This document shows, in pieces, positions 1 through 17,789 of a stretch of 64,000 bases of DNA (position 1 is the first letter of the stretch; each line of letters begins with the position of its first letter). Under the pieces are notes generated by a model. That model made no database searches and was not told the DNA's origin. It worked only from the letters and a program-made list of their open reading frames with translations. Source of the DNA: the human T2T-CHM13v2.0 reference genome, Homo sapiens; assembly GCF_009914755.1 (NCBI RefSeq), contig NC_060935.1; one strand, given 5' to 3'. Made by a program: the position numbers and the translations under genes.

Positions 1-211
1 CCTGTGAGACTGCTGAAGGCGTTAATTTCTGGCCAGCTGAAGGTAGCATTGCCAGAAGGAGGAGCTGGGCAGATTGCAATTGGTGTTGTGGATAGAGGCA
101 AAGGATCATAAATGATCGTCAGAAGGGAGCTGGTGGATTATGGAATGTGAAATGGGACAGGGCAACATTTCATATCTCAGGCTATGAATGACAGAGGGAC
201 TTGGAACCTGA

Positions 212-500
212 ACATGTTTATATATAATTTATTAAGTTCTTACCATGTGCCAGGTACTATTCTTTGCATTTTTAATGCTAAGCTTATTTAATTTTTATTA
301 GTAGTTTATTCAGATTAGCTTATTTAATCTTTGTACCAACCCTATGAACGTAGGTACTATTATTTTACTGTTTTAAAGATGGGAAAACTGAGGCCTAGAG
401 AACTGAAATAATTTGCCCAAACTCACATGGCTAATAAGTGGTAGAGGTGGGATTCGGGCCCAGGTAATATGTTTTCAGTGTGCTTGTTCCTAATCACTCT
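212..500 (-). mobile_element. MIR
   Basis: Core GATGGGAAAACTGAGGCCTAGAG. Confidence 0.8.
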
Positions 501-1146
501 GGTTTACAGTTTTAAGCAATGAGAAGTCATTATAGATTTCTGCCTAGTGAAGCAACTTGTTTGTAAGTATTGTGATGCAGGGCAATTTCCCAAGCCTTGA
601 TTGAAGGCAAGAAGACCAGCCACAGGGTGTTGTAGCAACCATCCCAGTTGCTTTGGAAGATGTATAAAGGTCTTGGAGTTATTTCACAAATTACTTCCTG
701 AGATGGCTCTGGCAGTTGGCAGTCCTACCTGTCAGCTCAGCCCATTTTAGAAATCATTTTCCAAAGAATTTTAATCTTAAGGAAGCTCTCCTCTTTCTAT
801 TGAACAGGCTGTACCAGGCATAGGGGCCCCAGGAACCAGGTAGGAAATAGCTCTTGTGGGGTCAGTCCATCTGGAAGCATTTGCAAGAGGGGAAGTTGAA
901 ACTATTGAGACTTCCTGTTGTCATTAGAATTTGCTCTCCTGCTATAGGGGGAGTATCCCCTGTTAGGACTGATAGTCTGGTTGCTTATCTTGAGAGGCTG
1001 GGCAAGTGGGCTGGGGTGCAGAGATGTGAAAGACATAGTCTGTGTCCATGAACAACCTGCAGGTTACTGAGACACCCATAAACAAGTGCACTCTGTACAG
1101 TGTCACAAGTGCTACAATAGAGGTACATAGAAAATGTCCTGGGAAA

Positions 1147-2700
<1,554 letters not shown>

Positions 2701-2814
2701 GCCACATCTCCCTGAATACTTCATACTATTGTGGGAGTCTTAAACTGTGCTGCTCTGCTGAAGCCTGCGGTCACTAGAGCATGGGGCAGACAAGGGAGAC
2801 CTTGTCATTCATAA

Positions 2815-3030
2815 GTAATCATTGCACCATTTATTGAGTAACCGCTGCATGCCAGGCATTTTTCTAGATACATTAGACACATCTCTGATGCTCACCACAG
2901 TTCCCAGAAGTGAGTATTGTCCCTATTTTCCAAATGCAGAAACAGATGAGTTAAGAAACATTCAGCTAGTTAGTGGTGGAGCCAGTTTCAGCCAGGTTTC
3001 TGGAACTGCATGATGTATTCTTTCTGCTTC
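2815..3030 (-). mobile_element. MIR
   Basis: CCATTTATTGAG...CCCTATTTTCCAAATGCAGAAAC. Confidence 0.6.
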
Positions 3031-4489
3031 CCAGTGCTATTTTTTTTCCATTAAATGGAGCTTAATGTTGAAACTCTAAAGAGGGCCCTTGCAGGGGGCA
3101 GGGTGGGTGGCCTAGAGGGACAAAGGTAGAGTTCTGGGGCTAGTGCTAGCCTGGAGGGAACATGACTTAATATCTGGGATGAGGGAGGAGGGTCTTGGTC
3201 TGGCCTTGCTCTACCTTTTCTTTACTTACCAGTGGCTCTGGTGGTTTCAGGCTTTTACTCTATTTTTCTGCATCTTTCTGTAACTTCTTACCAGGGCCCC
3301 TGAGGCCCTAGCTGCTGTGTGCTATGGACTGTTACAGAGGAAAAAAAGAATCAGCTTCCAGGCCCAGAGGGGCTTATCCTTTTTGACAAACTACTCGTGA
3401 GGAATTGCTGAGCTGTAGGATGCACTCTCTTTGGCACAGTGGTAGGCTTCTTCCTAAGTATTTTTATTTGAGTTGAATAATTTTGATTCAGTGGAAAGAG
3501 CAAAACACTGAGAATTAGAAGACATGATTTCCAGTCTAAGAGATGAACTAGGTTACCTCAGGCGAGTCATTCTCCCTTTGCATATTTACTTGATGTAAGG
3601 TAGGGACTGTGTTTTACTCATCCTTGTATCCTGAGCAGCTAGCATATGCCCTGACTGAATAGGTGTCCTGAATAAGTTTATTATGGAGCTAGTTAATCTG
3701 CTCTTCTATTAAATGAGAAAATTGGACCTTTTGATTTCCAAAGATTTGCCAATTCTAAAGCGTATTGTTCTGTGAGGGCTTATGATGTTTTAATTATAAA
3801 ATAATATATACTGTCACTTAGCACCTACTATTTGCTAGGCATTGTGTGAGGTTCTTTACATATTTATTTTATTTAGGTGATTTAAAAAAATTTAAATTTT
3901 GTCTAGGTGCTTTAGAAATACTATGGTCCCTTAGGCTATAAGCTCCATGAGGATAGTACCAGTGCCTGTTCACTGCTGTAACCCTAATGCTGAGCACAGT
4001 GCTAGGCATGTAATGGATGCTCAGTAAGTTTTTGTTGAATAAAGCAATAAGTAGATGTCTTACCATCGATAAGATAACAATCTTTTAAGATAGGTACTAT
4101 TAGTACCATCGTATAGATAAGAAAATTGAGGGTAAAAGGTCACAGAACTAGTAAATGGCTGAGAGAGAGAAGATTCAAACCTAAATCCAACTCTAAAATT
4201 GGTACCTTTACTACTTAACACCAGCGTGCCTTCACTTATCTGATGTTTTAATTGCAAATTTGAAAAGAAGGACAACAGTAAAGAAGGATACAAGATCAGA
4301 AAATCAAATTTTTCTTGAGGGGTGGGGACAGGGTTAGAGGTTGGGCACTGAAGTTTAGAAGTTGGCAATTATCTCCAATACCTTAAGAATAAAAAGGGGT
4401 TTATAAGCTTGGGAAGCTGGGGGAAAAAACGAACAAAACGGGGTTATAATGGCAGTTACTATTCACTGGGAGCTTTGTTTATTGAATAT

Positions 4490-5440
4490 CTCATGGCATT
4501 AAAAGTCCACTTACATAATTTTAACTATCATCTATTTATTGACAACTCAAATTTGTGTTTCCAGCTTAGATTTCTCCCTGAATTTTAGACTTGCATATCT
4601 AACCTCTTAATTAACATTTTAGATATCTAATAGGCATTTTAAATTTAACAAGTTTCACTTACATGGAATCTGTCAGCATATCCTGTCGGTTCTACCTTTA
4701 AAACAAATCCAACATTCAGATACTTTTCATTACCTCTGCACCTACCACCCTGATCCACGTTACCATCGTCTCTTGCCTGGTGAGATAATAGCCTAACTGA
4801 TTGCCCTGCTTTTGCCCTTGCCTGTCTACAGTTTATTCTAAACAGGAAGCCGGAGTGATCCTTTCAAAACGTAAATCCAAATTATATAACTCTTCTGTTC
4901 AAAATTGTTCAGTGGCTTTACATATCTCTCAGGGAAAAAGCCAAAGCCCTTAGAGTGGCCCACAAGATCACATATGACTTGGCTCCCAGTTACTGTCTTA
5001 GCCTCATTTCCTCTCCACCTGCTCACCCTGCCCCACTGGCTTTCTTACCATTCTTTGAACAATAGAGACAGACATACTCTTGCCTCAGGGCCTTTGCATT
5101 GGTTCTTCCTTCTTACTCTAACTTTCTGCATGGCTCATGCCTTATTTCCTTCAGATCTTTTGGTCAAATTTCAACTCAGTGAGGCCTTATCCAATCATTC
5201 TATTTAAAAATAGCAATCCCTCCCCCACCACACACTGCAACCCCTTTCTCTATTTTTCATTACAGCATTTATCACCATCTGGCATATTTATTGGTCAGGC
5301 CTTTCACCTTGCACCCCCACTCCCTGTTAGTTCCATAAGAGCAGGGGTTTTTGTTAATGGCTAAATCCTCAGTGCTAGAATACTGACTGGTGCATATAGC
5401 ATATACTTAGTAAATATTTGTTGACTGAATGAACAAATGA
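4490..5440 (+). mobile_element. L2a 3' end
   Basis: CCTCAGGGCCTTTGCATTGG...GTAAATATTTGTTGACTGAATGAA. Confidence 0.8.
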
Positions 5441-5566
5441 TTGAATAACCTTTTTGGGCCTGGTATATTTCTTGATGCTTTATATATATTTGTTTACTTT
5501 TCTGCACAACAGTCTTGCAGGATACTACTATTATTCCCATTTTATGAATGGGGAAAGTTATTTGCT

Positions 5567-6003
<437 letters not shown>

Positions 6004-6783
6004 TTATAAACCACAAGCCTAGAAACCAGAAGAAAGCCGAAGTCTGAATTTCCTGAACTGGACATTGCTCATTCACTCACTTGGGAGCAAGCTGATATTT
6101 GTGACTGTGACATACCTGGAAGCCTAAAATACACCTGGAAAAAGGCCTTTGTGTGAGTTCTTCCTGTGCACCATTTGACCCATATTTGGCTTGCATACAC
6201 AGAAAGTGAGGGGGGTTTTATGATGATTTGGAAGTTTTTCTCCCCTACCACCCCAGAGAAAGACCTTCTTTCCCTAGTTGGGGATAGTACTAGTGTTACT
6301 TTGGGCCAGTTGCTTCATGTCACTTTTCTTTCCTGAGTTGAGTGCCAGCCAAGGCCAGAGTGCAAATCATTCCCAAGGTATACTGGGGTATGACTTTCTC
6401 TTTGGTATGGTGACTGGGGAGGCCAAGGCCAGAGCTGATCTCAAAGTAAGATGAAACTGGGGTCAGTGATGTCTCCAGGGTAAAATGAGGGTGGGTTCAA
6501 GTGCCGTCCTAATAGAGCTTTGTCATTTCAAGGATTCTGTCAGAAAGAAGGTGAGAGAGAATAAGGTCTGGATCCAACTCCCCAGCTGATTGGGGGTATG
6601 GGTATAACATATCTCCCTCCTAAGTCCCAGGTACCAGTAACTTTGGGGTGAGGGTCCTGGTGAAGTCCTGGGCTTATGAGAGACCCAGGCAGAGGAAGCA
6701 GAAGCAGATATATTCAGTAAGGCTATTCTCAGTAATATGACAGAAGTAGAATAGTAGGAGGTGGAAAAAAAGTCATCTTATGG

Positions 6784-7059
6784 GGCTGGGCGCAGTGGCT
6801 CACGCCTGTAATCCCAGCACTTTGAGAGGCTGAGGCGGGCGGATCACGAGGTCAGGAGATTGAGACCATCCTGGCTAACACGGTGAAACTCCGTCTCTAC
6901 TAAAAATACAAAAAATTAGCCTGGTGCGGTGGTGGGCGCCTGTGATCCCAGCTACTTGGGAGGCTGAGGCAGGAGAATGGCATGATCCTGGCACTGCACT
7001 CCAGCCTGGGTGACAGAGCGAGACTCCATCTCAAAGAAAAAAAAAAAAAGAAAAAAAAA
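6784..7059 (+). mobile_element. AluY with ~30-nt right-arm deletion
   Basis: GGCATGATCCTGG joined to CACTGCACTCC; TSD AAAAAAGTCATCTT. Confidence 0.9.
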
Positions 7060-7688
7060 GTCATCTTGTGGTATTATATGGTCAATAACATATGTAAAGA
7101 AGAGTGAATAATGAGGTATGGATTAGAATGGCACCCAGAGGGAAATGAGACTGGAATCAGAGCTGTTCCGAGGAAATAATGAAAATATGAGAACTTTCCC
7201 TAGGGTGAGATAAGTCTGTGGGAAATGTGTATGAGGTGACAAAATCATTCCCAGGGTGAAAGAAAAAAATATGTTTGAGCAGCCATGAGTAGGAAGGGAA
7301 GCATAATGAGAGGGAAGAATTTTAGGGCAAGATGTTTAGGAGATAAGGCTAGGGAAACAAGCAGATGCCAGATTATAGAGAGCCTTGTCTATCTGTTAAG
7401 GATTTGCGACTATATTCTTTGGGCAATGCAGAACCACTGAAAAATTTAAAATAAGGGATAGACATGGTCAAATTTCCTCCTGGTCATAATGACCTGTGTT
7501 CCTAGGGGAGCTGAGGTCAGGAAAGGTTAGAAAAGAGTATGGCAGTTTAGGGACTCTAGGCAGATGTTTATTGAAAGCCAAAAGTATCTGGCGTATCCAT
7601 CTGAGCAGAGATGCCAGAGGACTGGATGAAGCCTGACCTGAGTGAAGTAAGCAGAGGCTTTCCTGGACCTCATCAAAAACTAAGGTCC

Positions 7689-7816
7689 AGCTGGGCATGG
7701 TGGCACCTGCTTGCAGTCCCAGCTACTCAGGAGCTGAGGTGGGAAGATTGCTTGAGTTTAGGAGTTCAAGACCAGCCTAGGCAACATACGACACCCTGTC
7801 TCTTAAAACAAAAAAA
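7689..7816 (+). mobile_element. FLAM Alu monomer
   Basis: Single monomer with A tail. Confidence 0.85.
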
Positions 7817-7831
7817 TTTAGAACTAAAAAC

Positions 7832-7930
7832 CTCTGTGGATGCACAACACTATAAATGTACTAAATACCACTGAATTGTTCACTTAAAAATGGTGAATGT
7901 TATATGAATTTCACCTCAATAAAAGATTAA
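7832..7930 (+). mobile_element. Short L1M(A/B) 3' terminal fragment
   Basis: GATGCACAACACTATAAATGTACTAAATACCACTGAATTG...CCTCAATAAAA; flanked by AACTAAAAAC. Confidence 0.7.
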
Positions 7931-7941
7931 AACTAAAAACA

Positions 7942-8257
<316 letters not shown>

Positions 8258-8659
8258 CTAACAAATCTACAAGTCTCATCCTGCTGGAGTCTGTGGGATT
8301 TGGCCTGGATTTGCCTTCCTTCTGTAAGGGCTTGGTTTATCAGTGGTAGCATTGGGGAGATAAGGATAGGACTAGGCATAGCAGCAAGGATGAGACTCCA
8401 AAGCATGTGTCCTTGTCCATCCTTCCAGTTGGCTGCCAGAATCTTCTAACAAGTCAATCTAACTGTGGCCCACCTCTGCTCAGAAGTCTATTGCTTTCCT
8501 ATTTCTCAGAGATTCTAAAATCCAAGCTTCTCAATCTGGTGTTCCTGGCATTCTATGATCTGGGTTCTGCATATTGTCTTTTCAGCAAACATTTTTCTAT
8601 GCTATTATTCATGTTTTCCATTTTGCTTGGAATGTCTCCTTACCATCTTTTTAAAATTG

Positions 8660-8920
8660 TTTTTGTTTTTTTGAGACAGGGTCTCACTCTGTTGCCCAGG
8701 CTGCAGAGCTCAACCTCCTGAGCTCAAGTGATCCTCCCACCTAACCCTCTTGAGTAGCTCGGACTACAGGCATATACCACCATGCCCGGCTAACTTTAAA
8801 ATTTTTTTTGTAGAGACGGGGTCTCCTTCTGTTGCTCAAGCTGCTCTCAAACTCCTGGGTTCAAGTGATCCTCCTGTCTTGGCCTCCCACAGTGTTGGGT
8901 GTGAGCCACCACCCCTGGCT
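8660..8920 (-). mobile_element. AluJ (with deletion)
   Basis: Antisense Alu, CTCAAGTGATCCTCC motifs. Confidence 0.9.
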
Positions 8921-9331
8921 TGCTTACTCTTTTCTATCTAGTAAACTCCTCATCTTTTAGTACATAGCTCCAGTGTCACCACTTTTTAAGCTTTCTCTGT
9001 CCTCCTTGCCTGTAGGCAGGCAGTCTATTCTACTGTTACTCTCTTATCATACTTTATATGTCTCAGTTATCTTGCTGCATTGTGGTTGCTTTGTATGTGA
9101 TTGCCACACAAGATTGGAAGTTTTTTAAAGACAGAAACACTGCTTTGCTGTTGTTGTTGTTGTTGTTTTCTATACCACTTGGCCTAGTATTGCACAGAGA
9201 TAGCACTTACTGATTTTTTAGAGCAACTTTTATTTCCACCATAAATACTGGTCACAGAAGTTAAATAAGTAGGCTTTGTTGGTATTGTTCAGTCTAGTGA
9301 GGCTAACAGGGGGCATCTATCCATAACTGTC

Positions 9332-9547
9332 CTTCCATTCCCTTCTCCTTTCCCTTCTCCCTAACCTTCTCCCCTCCCATCCCCTCTCCTCCCCTCCCTT
9401 CTCCCCTCCCCTCTCCTCCTTTCTCCCCTCCCCTCCCTTCTCCCCTACCTTCTCCCCTCCCTTCTCCCCTCCCCTCCCTTATCCCCTCCCTTCTCTCCTT
9501 CCCTCCCCTCCCCTCTCTTCCCCTCTCTTCTCTCTTTCTTTTTTTCC
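9332..9547. repeat. Polypyrimidine (CCCTT/CCCCT)n low-complexity tract
   Basis: About 210 nt of almost pure C/T. Confidence 0.9.
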
Positions 9548-9613
9548 AAGCTAGCCATCAGGTTTCACTGAACAATAACTGCAAACTTCAGTATAGCTGG
9601 GTTTGGGAATAAA

Positions 9614-9908
<295 letters not shown>

Positions 9909-9984
9909 AATCATTTGTTTAATAAGACAAAATATAAAAAAAACTGAGGTAATATGAAAGAGATTCTTAGATGCCTTTGCCAAT

Positions 9985-10398
9985 GTGGGCTCTCTCATTC
10001 TTTATTTAATGATAGAACACCTGAGTTTTAGCAGGATGCATAGCTGCTCAGCTTCCTTTGCAACTAAGTGTGGCCACATGTGTCAGTTCTATCTGGGGGG
10101 TGAGGATCCAAGTGGAAATGTTATGTGTACCACTTCTATATCACGTACTTAAAAACAGTATGTGGTGCTTCTCTTTCCCTTTTTCCCTTCCTGCTAGCTG
10201 GAATATGGTGAGATCTACAGCACCTTTTTTGGTCCCAGAGATGGAAGCCTCATTTTGAGTGAGAATGGCAAAGTCCCACTCTCATTTGAGACTGCTCACT
10301 GCTTAACTATTATGAGAGAGAAATAAACTTTTTGTTTAATCCACTGTATTTGAGGGTCTCTTAGTTACAGCAGCTTTATCTGTATCCTGACCAGTACA
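9985..10398 (+). mobile_element. Old MaLR (MLT1-family) solo LTR
   Basis: GCAACTAAGTGTGGCCACATG core; GAGAGAAATAAACTT...GTTACAGCAGC...CCAGTACA end. Confidence 0.65.
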
Positions 10399-10431
10399 GT
10401 GAGGCATCAAATTGCTGCAGTATCAAGTTGC

Positions 10432-10829
<398 letters not shown>

Positions 10830-11654
10830 TGATGCCTGGATGATTCCCTGAACTCTCTCATATACTTAAAGACATTTTATTGAGGTGAAATTCATAGAAC
10901 ATTAACCATTTCGAATTAAACAATTCAGTAGCATTTAGTACATTCACAATGTTGTACAGCCACCACTTCTATCTAGCACCAAAACATTTCTGTCATTCCA
11001 AAGGAAAACCCCTTACCTATTAAGCAGTTTCTCCCTATTTTCCGCTCCCGCTGGCAGCCACCAATAGGATTTACCTATTTTGGATATTTCATATCAATGA
11101 AATCATATAATATGTGACCTTTTGTATCTGGCTTCTTAGAATAATATTTTGGAGCTTAATCTACGTTGTAACGTGTCGGTACTTTCTTTTTTTATTATTT
11201 TTTTTGGTGGTAAAATATATATAACCAAATTTTGTCATTTTATTCATTGATAAGTATACAATTTAATTACAGTAATTACACTCACAGTATTGTGCAACTT
11301 TCACCACTATTTTAAAACATTTTTCATCATCCCAAACAGAAACTTTGTACTTATTAAGCAATAACTCCCCATTCCTCCCTCCTGCTAGCCTTTGTTAACT
11401 TCCAGTCTACTTTTTGTCTTCGTGAATTTGCCTATTCTAGATATTTAATTAAGTGGAATCATATAATGTTTGTCTTTTTACGTCTTGCTTATTTCACTTA
11501 GCATAATGTTTTCAAGGTCCATCTATGTTGCAACATGCATCAGAAAACTTCATTTTTTTTTTTTACTGGCTGAATTATGTGTATATATACATACCACAAT
11601 TTGTTTATTCATCTGTTGATGAATATTTAGACTGCTATGCTATGGACATGCTAG

Positions 11655-12039
<385 letters not shown>

Positions 12040-12498
12040 TTATGTTTAAGTTTTTGAGGAACCACCAAACTGTTTTCCATAGCAGCTATACCATTTTACA
12101 TTCCCATCAGCAGTGTATAAGGGGTTCCAATTTTTCCACATCTTTGCCAGTACTTCTTTTTTTTTTCCTTTTTGGTTTTGTTTTTAATTACAACCATCCT
12201 AGTGGGTGTGACATGTTATCTCGTTGTGGTTTGATTTGTGTTTCCCTAGTGACTAATGATGTTGATCATCTTCTCATGTGCTTATTGGCCATTTGTATGT
12301 CTTCTTTGGAGAATGTGTATTTAAGTCCTTTGTCCATTTAAAATTAGGTTGTTTTTTGTTGTTGAGTTATGAAAATTCCTTATATATTCTGAATACTAGA
12401 CCCTTAATGAGATGTATGATTTGCAAATATTTTCTCCCATTCTATAGGTTGATTTTTCACTTTCTTGATAATGTCTTTTGATACACTGTAGCTTTAAA

Positions 12499-12938
<440 letters not shown>

Positions 12939-13015
12939 TAGTTTTTAATTTTTATAGGTTTTAATTTATCTTTTGTTGTTGTTGTTTGTGCTTTTGTGTT
13001 GTATCTAAAAAAGTT

Positions 13016-13330
13016 TGACCAGCATGGTGGCTCACATGTGTAATCCCAGAACTTTGGGAGGCTGAGGTGGGCAGATCACTTCAGGTCAGGAGTTTGGGAC
13101 CAGCCTGGCCAACATGGCAAAACTCTGTCTCTACTAAAAATACAAAAAGAATTAGCCAGGTTTCGTGCTGCATGCCTGTAATCCCAGCTACTTGGGAGCT
13201 GAGGCAGGAGAGTCACTTTAACCCAGGAAGCAGAGGTTGCAGTGAGCTGAGATTGTGCCACTGCACTCCAGCCTGGGCCACAGGGTGATACATCTCAAAA
13301 TAAATAAGTAAATAAATAAGATTAAAAAAT
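13016..13330 (+). mobile_element. AluS
   Basis: Full dimer, (AAAT)n tail. Confidence 0.9.
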
Positions 13331-13528
13331 AAAAAATCTGTTTTCAAAGCCAACGTTATGAAGATTTACTCCTCAGTTTTATGGGTTTGCTCCTATGTTT
13401 TACCTCAAAGAGTTTTATGGTTTAGCACTTATATTTAGGTCATTGATCCACTTTGAGTTAACTTTTGGGTGTAGTGTGAATTTCTTGAACTTTAAACCCT
13501 TGAATGTGTGCCAATCCAGTCAGTAATG

Positions 13529-14126
<598 letters not shown>

Positions 14127-14639
14127 CAGTAATGATTTTTAAATCTTTAAATCCCAATAGCTATGGAAAGGTGGTTTGGCAATGTTTTAGTGGCTGTTGG
14201 CTGAAGCTTCTTTCAATAGGGGCATTTTAGAAGACATTTCCTCCTCCTCGGATCTGATCCACTGATGTGCATTTGATAGGTTTAGGGGCAACTTTGAGAG
14301 TAAGGCCAGTGACTTTCAGGGATGCCAGTCAGTTGAGTGACACACCCTTATGTATGCGTAGTGAGATGCTCTGCTATTGGCTTGTCTGTATCTCAGCCTG
14401 TGAGGAGCAGGGTGAGGCCTAATTGAAACAAGGCACAGCTGGCAGGGGTGAGGGGAACAATGTAGTCAGGTAGCAAGTCTGTACTGAGCCCAGGCAGGTT
14501 CCCAGCCCTGGGTATGGCTTCCTGAGAACTGTGCAAAAACAGTAATGATTAGTGAGAAGATCATATGGAGACAGAGGCCTTGATTTCAAGTTGGATGACT
14601 TAAGACTCGTCACTTCTCTCTGAACCTTAATGTCTTTGA

Positions 14640-14973
<334 letters not shown>

Positions 14974-15184
14974 TTGTTTTGTTTTTGAAGATGAGCTGAG
15001 GTTATCAGTGGAAAAGTGATTTGGAAACCATAAAATGAGATTTGGGAATGTAATAGAGAATCAAGGCGAAGACTAAGTTTTCTGGGAGTTTTTAAAAAGA
15101 TTCTTTTGTGACTGTGATTCTCAGAAAAGGTTTGAGGCTTACTGACTAGATAGTTGATTTTCAATTTTTTATTCAAATAATTTT

Positions 15185-15782
15185 GCATTTGTTGTGACTC
15201 TTTCTTTTGCAGGTGACGGAAATACAATTCAGACAGACTTAACCAAGAGAGGGACTTTATTGACTGAGTAACTAGAAAGCCTAGAAGTAGTTCTACTTTT
15301 AGACACAGCTAGACACAGGGAGGTAAATTATGTCATTAGGACTCACTCTCTCCCCCTTTGGCTCTGCTTTTCTTTGTACTGGTGTCATTCTTAGGCAGGC
15401 TTTCTCCCATGTAGTGGCAAAGAAAGATATCAGATTTGGGTATGCATCCTAACAGCTTATTGAAAGATACAACAGGCCTGGCATGTTGGTTCAAGCCTAT
15501 AATTCTAGCATTTTGGGAGGCCAAGGCAGGTGGATCACTTGAGCCCAGGAGTTTGAGACCAGCCTGGGTAACATGAGGAAATCGCATCTCTACAAAAAAT
15601 ACAAAAATTAGCTGGGCGTGGTGGCTTGTACCTGTAGTCCTAGCTACTCAGGAGACTTGCACCTGTAGTCCTAGCTACTCAGGAGACTGAGCTTGAGCCT
15701 GGGAGGTCAAGGCTGCAGTGAGCCAAGATCAGACCACTGCACTCCAGCCTGGGAGACAGTCAGACACTGTCTAAAAAAAAAA

Positions 15783-15813
<31 letters not shown>

Positions 15814-16115
15814 CAACATAATACCTCTCTTTCCTGATGGTGCTGGTGGTCCTGGGTATGATTTTGGCTTGGGTCCTATGCCCATCCTAAAGTAATCACT
15901 GTGGCCAGGAGAATACTGGCCTTTAATTGGCCAACAGAGTTCCATTCTACTCATGGAACCCAGGGGTCAGGGTCAGCTTCCCTGGAACCATGTGGATCGA
16001 GAACAGGAAAGAGGTGGTTCCTTAAGGGAAGAAGATCAAGGTACATTTACAGAAAGGTAGGTTTGGGAGGTAGGGAAATAGTTTTAAGTCAACAAAATTC
16101 GTAGATGTTTACTAC
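15185..16115 (-). mobile_element. Old MLT1 (J/K/L-like) LTR interrupted by AluJ
   Basis: TTGCAGGTGACGGAAATACAATTCAGAC...TTTATTGACTGAGTAACT and GGGTCCTATGCCCATCCTAAAGTAATCACTGTGGCCAGG motifs. Confidence 0.6.
15475..15810 (+). mobile_element. AluJ with internal 31-nt tandem duplication
   Basis: Units 15625-15655 and 15656-15686; TSD GAAAGATACAACA. Confidence 0.9.
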
Positions 16116-16295
16116 ATAATTAAGCCATTTTTGTTAAAAAAAGTGTGTTTCCAATATTTAAAACTCAACAAAAGTAGAATTCTACTTGAAGTAGATATTG
16201 CCAGGAGACTTGGACAGGGGAGGGAAGGAGAGGAGGAGTCTATAGAGCATAATTTGAAAACTGCTAGACAGTTTATCCATTAAATATTTGCTTGA

Positions 16296-16764
<469 letters not shown>

Positions 16765-17038
16765 TAGAAGCCATGAGTCTTTCAAATTTAAATAGTGACT
16801 CATAGAGAACAGGAAGAAGTTGCTTTATAATGTGTTGGTTAATGTAAGTGATGAAATATATTCGTATCCTAAGCATTTGGCAGGGGCTCTATATGGTACG
16901 GTGTATAAAGCTGTGAGCTGGATGGATTCTGTATTATAAATTGAGTGAGGATGAAAGCTGCCCTCACGTACTATCCAGTTTACCAGGCAGCCAACAACCA
17001 TTCGATTTTTTAAAAAATTGAAGTAAAAATCACATAAC

Positions 17039-17331
17039 AGTTTGGTGGTGGTACAGGCCTGTAATCCCTGCTACTTGGGATGCTGAAGTGGGAGGATCCC
17101 TTTAGTCCAAGGGTTCAAGACCAGCCTGGACAACATAGCAAGAATCAGTCTGCACAAAAAATTAAAAAATTAGTCTGGCATGGTGGCATGCCCCTTTAGC
17201 CCTTTCTACTCAGGAGGCTAAGGTGAGAGGATTGCTTGAACCCAGGAGTTTGAGGCTGCAGTAAGCTATGATTGCGCCAGTGTACTCTAGCCTGAGTAGC
17301 AGAGCAAGACCCCTGTTTCTTAAAAAAAAAA
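17039..17331 (+). mobile_element. AluJ
   Basis: Diverged dimer. Confidence 0.85.
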
Positions 17332-17369
17332 TTCACATTCCATAAAACTTATTATTTTGAAGTGTACAA

Positions 17370-17500
17370 TTTTTTTTTTTGGTAGAGATGGGGTCTTGCC
17401 ATATTACCCAGACTGGTTTCAAAGTCCTGCCTTCAAGCAGTCTTTCTGCCTCAGCCTCCTAAAGTGCTGTGATTACAGGCATGAGTCATTGTGCCCCGCC
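17370..17500 (-). mobile_element. FLAM monomer
   Basis: Antisense left-monomer. Confidence 0.75.
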
Positions 17501-17789
17501 CAATTTGGTGGTTTTCAACAATTTTGTGTAACCGTTACCACTATCTAATTTCAGAACATTTTCATCACCCTAAAAAGAAACACTGCACCCATTAAGCAGT
17601 CACACTCCCTATTCTCTATCCTCTGGCAATCATTAGTCTACTTTCTGTCTCCATGAATTTGCCTATTCTGAACATTTCATATAAATGGAATCATGTCTGG
17701 TTTCTTTCACTTAGTATGATTTTAATATATATATTTATCTTGTTACTTTTCTGTGATACTTTTTTTGAAGTAGAATTATCCCACAGACC

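Larger units (their letters stand above)
17005..17735 (-). mobile_element. L1MB-type 3' end with AluJ and FLAM insertions
   Basis: CACTATCTAATTTCAGAACATTTTCATCACCC...TTCATATAAATGGAATCAT. Confidence 0.75.

Noticed and set aside
3085-3102. CTCF-like CTTGCAGGGGGCAG
   Set aside because: Mismatches at key 5' core positions; cannot be supported without ChIP data
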